Shown here: piece after piece, positions 35,570 through 49,505 of the stretch
How the letters are laid out: each line of letters starts with the position of its first letter
How positions within the stretch are numbered: the first letter of the stretch is position 1
From: Mustelus asterias
Taxonomy: Eukaryota
Length of the DNA stretch: 64,000 nucleotides
Assembly: GCF_964213995.1 (NCBI RefSeq)
Contig: NW_027590121.1
Location: forward strand, 2,480,001-2,544,000
Direction: 5' to 3'
Notes under the pieces: model-generated
Seen by the model: only the letters and a program-made list of their open reading frames with translations
What the model was told of the DNA's origin: nothing
Databases searched by the model: none
Translations under genes and position numbers: made by a program

Positions 35570-36370
35570 ACAGGTGTCTTGTCTTTTATCCGTCCTCGTT
35601 CTGAGGGTTGGCCGCGCTCTGGACAATCTTTCTCCACTGCCTGTCCCATCGAGAGGCCGGTCCACATTCTGATATTATCCACCCGTCTCGGGCCTTCCTT
35701 GCACACATTTTCCAGGTGTTTGTCTTGCATTACCTCTTTTTCCAAACACTCCCTCCCTTTTCACAACACGTGTCCAAAATAGGTGAGCTTCCGGGATGTC
35801 AGAGCCTCAAACAGGTTCCGGTGAACACCAGCTTTCTCCAGCACCCACTCATTCACCCACTTTGCCGTCCATGACACAAGGAATATCCGTCTGAGTCCTT
35901 TCATTTCAAACACTTTTATTGGAACCTCGTCACTCTTAGAAGTCCTACAGCACAGAAAGAGGCCATTCGGCCCATCGAGTCTGTACCGACCACAATCCCA
36001 CCCAGGCCCTACCCCCATATCCCCCCGCTAATCCCTCTAACCTACGCATCCCAGGACACTAAGGGCAATTTTTAGCATGCCCAATCAACCTAACCCGCAC
36101 ATCTTTGGACTGTGGGAGGAAACCGGAGCACCCGGAGGAAACCCACGCAGACACGAGGAGAATGTGCAAACGCCACACAGAGTGACCCAAGCCGGGATTC
36201 GAACCCAAGTCCCTGGAGCTGTGAAGCAGCAGTGATAACCACTGTGCCGCTCGTCTCGATGGTCCAGCTTTCACAGACGCACATTGTCACTGGCCACACA
36301 AGGACTTTCAGGAGATGAGTATTCATTGTAACCGAGATGCTGGGGCTGCTCCATACTGTTTTCACTGAGA
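35570..36370 (-). mobile_element. RTE-clade LINE C-terminal fragment, interrupted by an HE1-like SINE (35935-36250)
   Basis: CESWTI, FEMKGLRRI..VSWTA..NEWVL, KLTYFGHV, LEKEVM. Confidence 0.75.
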
Positions 36371-38344
36371 TTACAACACCATGAACCTTAAGCCTGGCCT
36401 GAATTTATTGATAGATTCTGTATCTATCACTACAGGTAGTTCTCAGATAAATACATTAGTCTCTGTTCCATTGAGTCTCCAGCACAGGGCCGGGCCAGTC
36501 AGCTCTTTTGGTCTGTCAATAATTTGGTCCACATCAGCCTCCACCTACCCCACTGCATCTCCTCCCTATCAGCATATCCTTCTATTACTTTTTCCCTCAT
36601 GTGTGGATCTAACTTTCCTTTCAATGTATTCATGCTATTCACCTCAACCACTCACCATGGACCAAGTTCCATATTCTCTGTTATTTGGGGTCAATAATGA
36701 ATTGCCCTTCTTTTTAACATCAGAATTTGGATCAAATTATCAAATTAAACAATCAAATTAAATGAATGGCGGGGGGGTTCGGGGGGGGAGTCCTTTAAAG
36801 GGACAAAAACTAAACCGTGAATGAAAAGTTAAAAACTTAAAACTATGATGTGGTTCTGGGGAGAAATGAAGAACTCCAGCCCCCGCAGTGCCCACGGAAG
36901 ATCTTGTGTTGGTAGTCACCACATGCTCCCTCTCTAGGGACACCCAGTCACAAACATGGGCTGGCACAGTGGTTAGCACTGCTGTCTCACAGCTCCAGGG
37001 ACCCGGGTTCAATTGCAGCCTTGGGTGATTGTGTGGAGTTTGCACATTCTCCCCATGTCTGCATGGGTTTCCTCTGGGTAGTGTCACAGTAGGTTTACAT
37101 GAGCACTGTAATGAAGACACTGTGAAACTCTCCTAGTCGCCACACTCTGGTGCCTGTTCGGGTACACTGAGGGAGAATTTAGCACTGGACCCAGTTAGGT
37201 TAGGTGCCAATGCACCGAACCAGCACGTCTTTCAGACTGTGGGAGGTAACCGGAGCACCCGGAGGAAACCCACACAGACACGGGGAGAACCTAGACTGTG
37301 ACCCAAACTGGGAATCAAACCCAGGTCCCTGGCACTGTGAGGCAGCTAACCACTGTACCGCCGTGCCACCAATGATCCACGTGAATGTTAAATAAGAGAC
37401 AGACCAGAATTATAATCCCTAAACTATTATAATGGTTTATTCAAAAAGAGTAAATAATACAAGAGAAATTAAAACAATGAGTCTCACTGCCTTCTGCCTG
37501 TCGGGGACCCTTCTGACGACAGCTGGTCTGGAGCTCGAGAGGTCCCGGCAACATTCGTGATCCCGGTCCAAGGTGAAGTCCAACGTACCCGGGTCGAAGC
37601 CCCGCCCCCCGTGTTTTACAGTGTGGCACAAACAACCTGACAGGAGATTTGGTAAATTCCCAGACTTGGGAAACAATATACAAATACAGCACTGGAAGGT
37701 CAGCTTGTTTCTGTAGCGCAGCTGCTTGTTTAGGTTCTCACAGCATGAATAAATGCTGAGTTGACTGGTGAATATCTTAACTCTTTACTTTCTATACATT
37801 CCACCCTGAGATTCAGCAGCCAACGCAGCAATCCCATCTGTACCTGTATAAGTTCCTTCACAGCAATGACCTGTGTGAACAATGCACGCACTCTGTGCCA
37901 CAAGACAAGTAAAATGAACAACAAAAGGGTACAAAGTAGCAGTATGACAACAGGATGTAACATTAAAGTAAAAACAGCGGATGCTTTGGGTGACCATACA
38001 TTAAAAACATCCCACCAAAGGTGAAAACTGAGGCAATTAAGTTCACCCGATGTTTGGTGAAGTTTGCCTTAAGCACAGGTCATTTCCACACTCTGCCTAA
38101 GAAGATGTTGCCTGTCTTAACGTAGGTGTGCAGAAACTTGTGTATTTTGTTCAATAAACCTGCATAATTTATCAAGTTCAATTGAAGGCAGATGCACAAT
38201 ACCGTGGGTGTGTCTATATCAAATAATATGTTCTATTAGTATGTACATCAAATATGTCCCATGCATCTTTCCAACATTGGTTTACAGGGGGTTCAAGCTA
38301 TCTGGCATTCAGATGTACATTGAGAGTGCTGGTAATGCAGACAT

Positions 38345-38610
38345 AGTTTTTTTAAATTATTCGTGGAATCACATGTGGGCCAGACCAGTTAAGGATGGCA
38401 GATTTCCTTCCCGAAAGGACATTGTGAATCAGATGTTTTTTTTTCTGACAATCGACAATGGTTTCATGGTCATCAGGAGATTCTTATTTCCAGATCTTTT
38501 TCATTAAATTTCACCATCTGCTGTGGTGGGATTTGAACCTGGGTCCCCAGAACATTAGCTGAGTTCTGAATTAGTAATCTAGCGATAATATCACGAGGCC
38601 ATCGCCTCCC
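38345..38610 (-). mobile_element. tRNA-headed SINE, third family
   Basis: ggggacccaggttcaaatcccacc B-box head. Confidence 0.6.
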
Positions 38611-39068
38611 CACCAAACCTGTCCAATTTCATGCATAATAGTATCATTAACTGGCGATAATTCCTATTGACATTGGCCATGACTCAGCTGTAAGGTACAA
38701 GCTTCATGTATGAGGAGTTATGTAGAGGACATACCACCACAAAAGGCCATTGGCTACAATCCGCCACACTGAGCACGGATGCCTGGACAGTGACGTTATA
38801 CAAATAATATTTCTGTCCTTCTCCACAAGTACATTTGTTTTGAGTGCATATTTTACTGGATGCCTTCCATCCCCCATGCATCGGGAGTGAACGCAGCTTA
38901 GGAGGTACAAGCCAAGCATGTCCAGCAGCAATTATTTCCCCTTTTCTGTGGGGTTTGGTTTGAGATATGTACCCACACCTTGCCACTCTTACATACAGGT
39001 GTGTCATATTCCCTGTCTGGAGGAAGAATTGAAGGGACAGGTTGTTTTATCATCTGACTCACGGGGTT

Positions 39069-39385
39069 TCATAGAATCCCTACAGTGCAGAAGGAGGCCA
39101 TTCGGCCCATCGAATCTGCACCGACCACAATCCCACCCAGGCCCTACCCCCATAACCATACTTATTTACCCTATAACACCCTGACACTAAAGGGCAATTT
39201 ATCATGGCCAATCAACCAAACTCGCATCTTTGGAGTGTGGAAGGAAACCGGTGCACTTGGATGAAACCCACGCAGACACAGGGAGAATGTGCAAACTCCA
39301 CACAGACGGTGACACAAGCCAGGAGTCAAACCCAGGTCCTTGGTGCTGTGAGGCTGCAGTGCTAACCACTGTGTCACCGTGATAC
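39069..39385 (-). mobile_element. HE1-like SINE
   Basis: Homology to other copies. Confidence 0.85.
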
Positions 39386-40029
39386 CCCTCCTTTTTATGG
39401 CCTATTCAAATTATGTAAGGCCTGTGCCACTCTTGAGTGTGTGATCACTGGTCAAAAGCTTGATTTGTTGTTTCAATAGCCCATTCATGTGTTCAATCAG
39501 GCCAGGCTAGGGGATGTGCAATACCCAATGTATTCCATTCATTGACTCCTATGTGATACAAATGTCATCCCAACTTGATTTTTACACGGTGAGATCTTAT
39601 TCCTTCGCACCTTATCACATTATTATTCTTGATCACTCGAGCTCTTATTTTTCACTGGCCATGCTAGGGTAGGATTATAACCATTCATTAGAATCTACTC
39701 TCGCTTTTCAGTCCAGTGCTACTTGGAGTATACCGTCACTTCAGTGACTACCGGGTCATAGTCCCTCACAGTTCTCATCAGAAATTTATGATCAAGTAAT
39801 TGAAACAATGCATGAGAACGCTTCTTAACTTCTTAATCAACTACCTACCACTGTTTGTTGATTGGTCGGACCCCCTTTTCACAGATTCGGGTGTCTCAGC
39901 CACTGAACACCAGCCAGTCCTGGAATAAGTTTAATTCTAACTCAATGAGGAAATATTCCCACCAGGTCCTCTGTCAGGGCACTGCTAAGCAGCTTTAATG
40001 GTCCATGATTGCAGAAACTGAGCTGTGGT

Positions 40030-41280
40030 CAAATTTGATTGAGTTTTTTGAAGGGGTAACCAAGAAGATAGATGAGGGCAGTGCAGTTGATGTTGTCGAC
40101 ATGAACTTTAGCAAGATCTCTGACAAAGTACCGAATGGTAGGTTGTTGCATAAGGTTAAAATCTCATGGGATCCAGGGTGAGGTATCTAAATGGATACAA
40201 AATTGGCTTCTTCACAGAAGCCAGAGAGTGGTTGTAGAGGGTTGTTTTTCAAACTGGAGGCCTGTGACCAGCAGTGTGCCTCAGGGATCAGTACTGGGTC
40301 CACTGTTATTTGTCATTTATATGAATGATTTGGATGAGAATATAGGAGGCATGGTTAGAAAGTTTGCAGATGACACCAAGATTGGTGGCATAGTGGACAG
40401 TGAAGAAAGTTATCTCCGATTGCAACGGGATCTTGATCAATTGTGCCAGTGGACTGACGAATGGCAGATGGAGTTTAATTTAGACAAATGCGAGGTGATG
40501 CATTTTGGTAGATTGAGCCAGGGCAGGACTTACTCAGTTAATGGTAGGGCGTTGGGGAGTTACATAACAAAGAGATCGAGGGGTACACATTCATAGCTCC
40601 TTGAAAGTGGAGTCACAGGTGGACAGAATGATGAAGAAGGCATTCGGCATGCTTGGTTTCATCGGTCAGAACATTGAATACAGGAGTTGGGATGTCTTGT
40701 TGGAGTTGTACAAGACATTGGTAAGGCCACACTTGGAATACTGCGTGCAGTTCTGGTCATCCTATTATAGAAAGGGTATTATTAAACTAGAAATAGTGCA
40801 GAAAAGATTTACTAGGATGCTACTGGGACTGGATGGTTTGAGTTATAAGGAGAGGCTGGATAGACTGGGACTTTTTTCTCTGGAGCGCAGGAGGCTGAGG
40901 GGTGACCTTATAGAGGTCTATAAAATAATGAGGGGCATAGATAAGGTAGATAGTCAATATCTTTTCCCAAAAGTAGGGGAGTCTAAAACTAGAGGGCATA
41001 GGTTTAAGGTGAGAGGGGAGAGATACAAAAGTGTTGAAAGGGGCAATTTTTTCACACAGAGGGTGGTGAGTGTCTGGAACAAGCTGCCAGAGATAGTAGT
41101 AGAGGCGGGTACAATTTTGTCTTTTAAAAAGCTTTTAGATAGTTACATGGATAAGATGGGTATAGAGGGATATGGGCCAAATGCAGGTAATTGGGATTAG
41201 CTAAGGGGTTTAAAAAAAAAGGCAGCATGGACAAGTTGGGCTGATGGGCCTGTTTCCATGCTGTAAACCTCTATGACTCC
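40030..41280 (+). mobile_element. 5'-truncated CR1 LINE
   Basis: RT motifs; absent from the paralogous site at ~9650. Confidence 0.95.
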
Positions 41281-42692
41281 ATAGTCCAGTCCCATAATGC
41301 CTCACATTCAAACTACAGTCCATCAATTATAACAGAATATGTGGCTGTATGTAGCTGCCTCGGCCATGGTCAACCCCAACACTGCCTTCCTGAACTGCTA
41401 CAATGCCTGAGGTATAGGTGACCCAAAGTGCTGTTCGGGAGGGATTTCCAGCGGCACATTCCAGACTTTCACTAGACTGTAAGTGGGTTCCAGATTGATA
41501 TATTCCATTCAACCACACCCAAGGTGAGTTATTCCAATTCCTTTATTGTCCAGGACAATATATTCACAGTATCTTTAAAACAGAAATTGAACATTCCCAT
41601 TTGATTTCAGAAGGTAACATATTCTGTTGGATTGATCTTTATTGTCAATGTCAGGCTGGGGTTGTTCCCCTGGGAGCAAAGGAGGTTGAGGGGAGATTTG
41701 ATAGAGGTGGACAAGATTCTGACAGGTTTAGATAAGGTGGACAAAGAAAATCTGTTCCTATTAGCTGATGGGACAAGGATGACAAGCAAATTTAAAGTTT
41801 TGGGTGGGATCATAGAATCAGAGGCCATTTGGCCCATCGAGTCTGCACCGACCACAATCCCACCCAGGCCCTACCCCCATATCCCTACACATTTACCCGC
41901 TAATCCCTCTAACCTACGCATCTCAGGACTCTAAGGGGCAATTTTTAGCATGCCCAATCAGCCTAACCCACACATCTTTGGACTGTGGGAGGAAACCAGA
42001 GCACCCGGAGGAAACCCACGCAGACACGAGGAGAATGTGCAAACTCCACACAGACAGTGACCCAAGCCAGGAATCGAACCCAGGTCCCTGGAGCTGTGAA
42101 GCAGTAGTGCTAACCACTGTGCTACCGTGCTGCCCATGTGAGGAAGAATATTTTGATGCAGCGAATGGTAATGACCTGGAACTCGCTGCCTACTAGGGTG
42201 GAGGAAGTGGAGACAATAAACAATTACAAAGGAAATTGGATGGGCATTTGGGGGGTTTCAAACAGAAATGCTGACTAAATATCTCTGAACTTCCGAGCAC
42301 CCTGTCACTCTGTGATCCTTGTGAAATCTGAAACCTGGTATTCACAACAAAACTCAAAGAGCATCAACCCAATGGAGGCAAAGTTGTGAGACCGGCCAGT
42401 CCAGCAGAAAGAAACCCTCCGACCCTCCCCATTGACCAATATAATTGAAAGCAGAAACAATAACAGCAAAATCGACCACTGGAACCACTCGTGAACTCGC
42501 TGGTGTACCAACAGCTGAGATGAAAGACTGAATCTCTTTTCACACACAGAGAAGCTGAACGGTCTCTCCCCAGTGTGAACTCCCTGGTGTGTCTGCAGGC
42601 AGAATAACCGAGAGAATCCCTTCCCACACACAGTGCAGATGAACGGTTTCTCCCCAGTGTGAACTTGTTGGTGTTTCTGCTGGCTGGATGAA

Positions 42693-43913
42693 TCACTGAA
42701 CCGCTTCCCACACAGAGTAGGTGAATGGCCTCTCCCCAGTGTGAACTCGCTGGTGCCTCCGCAGGTGGGATGAAGTTATGAATTCCTTCCCACACTGAGA
42801 GCAGGTGAACGGCCTCTCCCCAGTGTGAACTCGTTGGTGTGTCCGCAGGTTGGATGAAGTTATGAATTCCTTCCCACACTGAGAGCAGGTGAACGGCCTC
42901 TCCCCAGTGTGAACTTGCTGGTGTGTCCACAGGCTGGATGACCGAGTGAATCCCTTCCCACACTGAGAGCAGGTGAACGGTCTCTCCCCAGTGTGAACTC
43001 GTTGGTGTGTCCGCAGGTTGGATGAAGTTATGAATTCCTTCCCACACTGAGAGCAGGTGAACGGCCTCTCCCCAGTGTGAACTCGCTGGTGTGTCCGCAG
43101 GCTGGATGACCGAGTGAATCCCTTCCCACACTGAGAGCAGGTGAACGGTCTCTCCCAAGTGTGAACTTGCTGGTGTGTCCGCAGGCTGGATGAAGCTCTG
43201 AATCCCTCCCCACACTGAGAGCAGGTGAAGGGCCTCTCCCCAGTGTGAACTCGCTGGTGTATCAGCAGGCTGGATGAAGCTCTGAATCCCTCCCCACACT
43301 GACAGCAGGTGAATGGTCTCTCCCCGGTGTGAACTCGCTGGTGTGTCCGCAGGCTGGAAAACTGACTGAATCCCTTCCCACACTGAGAGCAGGTGAATGG
43401 CCTCTCCCCAGTGTGAACTCGCTGGTGTGTCTGCAGATTGGATAACCGAGTGAACTTGTTCCCACACTGAGAGCAGGTGAACGGTCTCTCTCCAGTGTGA
43501 ACTCGCTGGTGTTTCTGCAACGTGGATAACAGAGCGAATCCTTCCCCACACTGAGAGCAGGTGAATGGTCTCTCCCCGGTGTGAACTCGCTGGTGTGTCC
43601 GCAGGCTGGAAAACTGACTGAATCCCTTCCCACACTGAGAGCAGGTGAATGGCCTCTCCCCAGTGTGAACTCGCTGGTGTGTCTGCAGATTGGATAACCG
43701 AGTGAACTTGTTCCCACACTGAGAGCAGATGAACGGTCTCTCTCCAGTGTGAACTCGCTGGTGTTTCTGCAACGTGGATAACAGAGCAAATCCCTCCCCA
43801 CACTGAGAGCAGATGAACGGCCTCTCCCCAGTGTGACTGCGCCGATGAGCTTCCAGCAGAGATGGGTATCTGTATCTCTTCCCACAGTCCCCACATTTCC
43901 ATGGTTTCTCCAT
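42693..43913 (-). CDS. C2H2 zinc finger protein, 14 in-frame fingers, then a frameshift (3 further fingers out of frame to ~42480)
   Basis: ATG at 43913; finger array; 2-nt deletion near 42715. Confidence 0.85.
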   Translation of the reverse strand: MEKPWKCGDCGKRYRYPSLLEAHRRSHTGERPFICSQCGEGFALLSTLQKHQRVHTGERPFICSQCGNKFTRLSNLQTHQRVHTGERPFTCSQCGKGFSQFSSLRTHQRVHTGERPFTCSQCGEGFALLSTLQKHQRVHTGERPFTCSQCGNKFTRLSNLQTHQRVHTGERPFTCSQCGKGFSQFSSLRTHQRVHTGERPFTCCQCGEGFRASSSLLIHQRVHTGERPFTCSQCGEGFRASSSLRTHQQVHTWERPFTCSQCGKGFTRSSSLRTHQRVHTGERPFTCSQCGKEFITSSNLRTHQRVHTGERPFTCSQCGKGFTRSSSLWTHQQVHTGERPFTCSQCGKEFITSSNLRTHQRVHTGERPFTCSQCGKEFITSSHLRRHQRVHTGERPFTYSVWEAVQ

Positions 43914-44719
43914 GGTGCAGGTGTCCTTGCCGCTCTCTTCGGTGGACAATCAGTTGAAGCCTCGTCTAGGCACAACACCAGTACGGTCTGTATTCACTGT
44001 GAATGGTGTGATATTTATTCAGGCTGTGTAACTGGTTAAAGCTCTTTAGTCAGTTCATTGGAATACTCTCACTCAAATGTGACAGTGTGTTGGTGCTTTT
44101 CCAGTCACACTGATGCTTGAATTTTTTTTCAAATCGACAGACTGGACAAACATTTCCCCTTCAAGATTCAAAGGCCGATGATATTTCACTCCCAAGGAAT
44201 ATGACTGTCAGATCTAGACGTGACATTTGAGATTTCAGCCTGTAATTCCTCTTTCAATATCCTGTAAAATGAGTTAGAAATAGAAATAGAAATTCAGAAC
44301 AGACAATTCTAGTTTCTATGGAACATTCTTTCCTCTCTCATTGTGCAAAAGCTGTAAATCTCCATCCCACACACTCTCCCTCCATTCTCACTCTGCTGTA
44401 TCTAATATTCACCCTCCCAATTCTCCTGAAGATGCTGATTGAGGCTGATTGACAGATCCATGCTCACTGCTTCCTGTCCAGCACAGAAATCATAACAAAT
44501 TGGAGCTGTAGTTGGCCATTCAGCCCATCGAACTGCTTCAACCATTGATTGAGAATTGGCTGATCTACCTCACACTATTTCCACAGGGCCACTATTTCCC
44601 AAACTATCCCTCAGGTTGCTCAATGCCTCAAAAGTTACCAATCTCTCTCTTGAAAATATTTGATGACTGAGGCTCCACAGTCCTCTGGAGCGCAGAATTC
44701 AAACACTTTACTCACAGAC

Positions 44720-45110
44720 AATGGACCAAGCTCCGCGCAGCCATTGACACAGGGCCCGGATTCTGATTGGCTGGAGGACCAGCGCCCATCCGGTCCTCCA
44801 CGCGTTGCCATTGGTTAATCTCCCGCATGTGGACAATGAGGGGGCGGAACCCGAGCCCACATGAGGGTGGGCGGGTCTTTGACCACCAGCCGCGCTGAGC
44901 TGGTGTCCAATCCGCAGTGTGCTGCTTCTGTAACCAGTGATATTGCTGCCAATGGGACACTGTGTGCTGGGAACGCCCCTCTGAGTCATTGTGACGGCAC
45001 AATGAGCCCTGCCTCAATCAGCCAATAGCAATCACTCTGCTCCGCGGTGACGTCTCCGGGTTCAGGCGCGCGGACCCGGGAGCCCCGCCCCCACCCATTG
45101 TTCCCCCCCA
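44720..45110 (-). promoter_or_regulatory. CpG promoter block of the ZNF at 43913
   Basis: CCAAT, GC boxes, TGACGTC; homologous to 48060-48220. Confidence 0.55.
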
Positions 45111-45240
45111 GTCTGTACATTCCACACATTGTTAGTCCAGTCAGATAGACATATATCTGTCTGGGCGCCTGCATGGAGATTTCCAGCTGTGTCCAGGACA
45201 CAGAGAGCTGAAAGTGTCCAATACACATCTCTTTCGAAAC

Positions 45241-45567
45241 TTACAAACCCTACAGTGCAGAAAGAGGCCATCTGGCCCATCGAGTCTGCACCGACCACAA
45301 TCCCACCCAGACCCTACCCCCATATCCCTACATATTTACCCGCTGATCCCTCTAACCTACGCATCTCAGGACACTAAGGGGCAATTTTAGCATAGCCAAT
45401 CAACCTAACCCTCACATCTTTGGACTGTGGGAGGAAACCGGAGGAAACCCACGCAGACACGAGGAGAATGTGCAAACTCAACACAGGCAGTGACCCAAGC
45501 CGGGAATCGAACCCAGGTCCCTGGAGCTGTGAAGCAGCAGTGCTAACCACTGTGCTACCGTGCCGCC
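45241..45567 (-). mobile_element. HE1-like SINE
   Basis: Homology to other copies. Confidence 0.85.
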
Positions 45568-45569
45568 TG

Positions 45570-45835
45570 TCTTGATGCTCTCTCCACTCACATTGTTTGT
45601 ATCTTAAAGCCTTGATTAGTTGTAAGTAGTCGCATTCCAAGCATTATTCTGTAAATTGAGTTTGTGTCTTTATATGCCCTGTTTGTGAACAGAATTCCCA
45701 CTCACCTGAAGAAGGGGCTTAAGGGTCCGAAAGTTTGTGTGGCTTTTGCTACCAAATAAACCTGTTGGACTTTAACCTGGTGTTGTTAAACTTCTTACTG
45801 TGTTTACCCCAGTCCAACGCCGGCATCTCCACATT
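45570..45835 (+). mobile_element. Penelope terminal fragment with hammerhead-like core
   Basis: cacCTGAAGAaggggcttaagggtccGAAA; pLTR sequence shared with 810-946. Confidence 0.65.
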
Positions 45836-46720
45836 GTGTAAGTACATCCACAGTGATATTAGGGAAAGATTTCCAGCTACACATTCCAGACTTTCCCTAG
45901 ACTGTAGGTCGATACCAGATTGATATATTCCATTCAACCACACCCAAGGTGAGTTATTCCAATTCCTTTATTGTCCAGGACAATATATTCACAATATCTT
46001 TAAAACAGAATTTAAACATTCCCATTTGATTTCAGGTACGAACATATTCTGTTAGTTTGTTCTTTATTGTCAATGTCAGGCTGGGGTTGTTCTCCTTGCA
46101 GCAAAGGACAAGATTCTGACAGATTTAGATAAGGTGGACAAAGAAAAACTGTTCCCATTAGCTGATGGGAGAAGGAGAGGGGGTCACAGAGTTAAAGTTT
46201 TGGGTCAGAGATGTAGGGGGGATGTGAGGAAGAATATTTTAATGCAGCGAATGGTAATGACCTGGAACTCGCTGCCTACGAGGGTGGAGGAAACGGAGAC
46301 AATAAACAATTACAAAGGAAATTGGATGAGCATTGGGGGGTTTCAGACAGAAATGCTGACTAAATATCTCTGAACTTCCTCACACTCTGTCACTCTGTGA
46401 TCCTTGAGAAATTTGAAACCATGTATTCGCAACAAGACACAAAGAGCATCAGCTCTTTGAGGCACAACAAGCATCAGCTCTTTGAGGCACAACAAGAGGC
46501 AAAGTTGTGAGACCGGCCAGTCCAGCAGAAAGAAACCCTCCGACCTTCCCCATTGACTAACTGTGAGAATGAACAAAATGCAGTCCTGGATGTAATTGAG
46601 AGCGGAAACAATAACAGCAGAATCCAACCCTGTGAACTTGTTGGTGTCTCAGCAGCTGGGATGAAATTCTGAACCCTTTTTATACACTCAGCAGGTGAAC
46701 GGTTTCTCCCCAGTGTAACC

Positions 46721-47299
46721 TCACTGATGTCTCAGCAGGTGGGATAACTGAGTGAATTCCTTCCCACACTGAGAGCACGTAAACGGCCTCTCCCCGCTGT
46801 GAATGCGCTGATGTGTCCGCAGGACGGATGACCGAGTGAATCCCTTCCCACACTGAGAGCAGGTGAACGGCCTCTCCCCAGTGTGAACTCGCTGGTGTCT
46901 CTGCAGGTCGGATGACCAAGTGAATCTCTTCCCACACTGAGAGCAGGTGAATGGCCTCTCCCCAGTGTGAACTCGCTGGTGTCTCTGCAAGGCGGATGAC
47001 ACAGTGAATCCCTTTCCACACTGAGAGCAGGTGAATGGCCTCTCCCCAGTGTGAACGCGCTGATGTGTCTGCAGGTCAGATGACCGAGTGAATCCCTTCC
47101 CACACTGAGAGCAGATGAATGGCCTCTCCCCAGTGTGAATTCGCTGGTGTGTCCATAGATTGGATAGCTGGTTGAATCCCTTCCCACACTGAGGGCAGAT
47201 GAATGGCCTCTCCCCAGTGTGGCTGTGCCGATGAGCATCAAGCAGAGAGGGGGCTCTGTATCTCTTCCCACAGTCCGCACATTTCCATGGTTTCTCCAT
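46721..47299 (-). CDS. C2H2 ZNF, 6 full fingers plus a 7th truncated by premature TGA (possible pseudogene)
   Basis: ATG at 47299; ends HQ* with a decayed 8th finger beyond the stop. Confidence 0.75.
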   Translation of the reverse strand: MEKPWKCADCGKRYRAPSLLDAHRHSHTGERPFICPQCGKGFNQLSNLWTHQRIHTGERPFICSQCGKGFTRSSDLQTHQRVHTGERPFTCSQCGKGFTVSSALQRHQRVHTGERPFTCSQCGKRFTWSSDLQRHQRVHTGERPFTCSQCGKGFTRSSVLRTHQRIHSGERPFTCSQCGKEFTQLSHLLRHQ

Positions 47300-48059
47300 G
47301 ATGCAGGTGTCCTTGCCTCTACCTTGGGTGGACAATCAGCTGAAGCCTCATCCACACACACAACACGTGTACAGTGTCTCCCCGCTGTGAATGGTGTGAT
47401 ATTTATTCAGGCTGTGTAACTGGTTAAAGCTCTTCAGTCAGTGCACTGTAACACACTCACTTGAATGTGGAAGTGTGTTGGTGCTTTTTCAGTCAGATTG
47501 ATGTTTGAAATCTTTTCAAATCTTCCAGATTCAATGGCCGATGATATTCAGGTCCCAAGGAATATGACTCTGCCAGATCTCGACGTGACATTCGAGATTT
47601 TAGCCTGTGATTCCTCTTTCAATATCCTGTAAAACAAGTTGACACAAGTCATCACTGTCAGTACAGGATCGAAATTCAGAACAGACAATTCCAGTTTCTA
47701 TGGAACATTCTTTCTCTCTCATTCCCCAAAAGCTGTAAATCTCCATCCCACACACTCTCCCTCCATTCTCACTCTGCTATATCTAATATTCACCCTCCCA
47801 ATTCTTCTGAAGGTGCTGATTGAGGCTGATTGACAGATCCATGCTCACTGCTTCCTGTCCTGGACACAGAGAGCTGGAAATCTCCATGCAGGCGGCCAGA
47901 CAGATATATGCCCATATGACTGGACTAAAAATGTGTGGAATATACAGACTGGATTCACGACCTTACCCTTCAGTTGCTGCAAGTCCCCAATTTCCCCCAG
48001 AATGAGAAAAGAAATGGAAAGGGGGAAACATTGATTTCCTCCCAGATGTTGCAGAGGCG

Positions 48060-48480
48060 GAAGGTTTAATCTGAAGCTCATTGGCCAACTTCCGCATTGT
48101 GGCGTCACAATAGAGCCCTGCCTGAATCAGCCAATAGGAATCTCGCTGCTCTCCGGTGACGTCACTGCGGTTCCAATGCGCAGGCCCGGCCGTCCCCACC
48201 CGCTGTTCCCCCTCCCCCTCCTCCAGCCAAGGTTTCCAGGCAACCGGCTGACAGCTCCGGCCAGAGCGAGAAGCCGCTCGGTGATCTCCTCCCGCCGGCC
48301 CGGACTGCGCATGTTCAAGGGAGAGGGAAGCTGCACATGTGCGGGGGAGGTGCCCACCCGCTGACGAAGATACTGAGGTTTTGACCAATGGGAAGAGTTG
48401 GAGGACCGCAAGGAGTCTGGTCATCCAGCCAATCAGAGCTCCCCATTGTCTGAATGCGGAAGTTGGTTGGCCAATGAGCT
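48060..48480. promoter_or_regulatory. CpG-island promoter between divergent ZNF genes
   Basis: TGACGTCA, multiple CCAAT, TGCGCATG. Confidence 0.6.
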
Positions 48481-48570
48481 TCAGACCAAACCTCCTCCTC
48501 TGTTCTGTCAGTTTATTTTTTTTTAGATCATTTTACTATTTATTGTCAATTTATGTACATCTGTGCTTTA

Positions 48571-48703
<133 letters not shown>

Positions 48704-48784
48704 TGACATGCTGTGCTTGGTTGAAGTCATTTGGTTACATTTTAGCTTCAATTGAAGCAGTTTTTAAAAGCGGCATCTCGGAAT

Positions 48785-49505
48785 GCACAATGAATAGTCA
48801 GATCCTCGGAGGTACAGAGGATCAGAGGGACCTTGGTGCGTATGTTCATAGATCTCTGAAGACAGTAGGACAGCGACATAAGGTGGTTCAGAAGGCACAT
48901 GGGACACTTGCCTTCATTAACCGAGGCATTGAATATAAGAGCAGGGAGGTTATAATGGAGCTATACAAAACGCTGGTTGGCCACACTATGGTGGAGTACT
49001 GTGTGCAGTTCTGGTTGCCACACTATAGGAAGGATGTAATTGCACTGTAGAAGGTGCAGAGGAAATTCCCCAGGGTGTTGCTTGGGCTGGAGTGTTTCAG
49101 CTATCAAGAGAAACTGGATAGGCTGGCGTTGTTTTTCTTGGAGCAGAGAAGGGTGAGAGGGACCTTATTGAGGTGTATAAAATTCTGAGGGGCACAGATG
49201 GAGGGGGACAGGAAGGAACTTTTCTCTTTAGTAGAGGGGGCAATAACCAAAGGCATGGATTTAAGTTCAGGGGCAGTAGGTTTATAGGAGATGTGAGGAA
49301 AAACCTTTTCACTCAGACGGTGGTGGGAATCTGGAACTCACTGCATGAAACATTTAAGAAGTATTTAGATGAGCTCTTGAAATGCCATAGCATACAAGGT
49401 TACGCACCAAGAGTGGAAAATGGGATTAGAATAGAAAGGTGTTTGATGGTCGGCGCAAACACGATAGGCTGAAGGGCCTCTTTCCATGCTGTCAAACTCT
49501 ATGAC
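48785..49505 (+). mobile_element. Older CR1 3' fragment
   Basis: QRDLG..VH, EYCVQFW, CR1 C-terminus. Confidence 0.85.

Larger units (their letters stand above)
37430..39700 (-). mobile_element. Class III (ERV-L/spuma-related)-like ERV remnant: integrase, possible env, possible 3' LTR; interrupted by SINEs
   Basis: GLIEHMNGLLKQQIKLL..TL / QALHNLNRP at ~39395-39505; hydrophobic ORF 37730-37963; AATAAA- and TATA-like motifs at 37430-37630. Confidence 0.5.

Noticed and set aside
37705-37745. gtttctgtagcg resembling a tRNA-Val 5' end
   Set aside because: Match is only ~12 nt
42364-43902. 512-aa alternative-frame ORF ([15 protein letters not shown] repeats) and similar shadow ORFs
   Set aside because: Expected stop-poor alternate frame of 84-bp finger repeats
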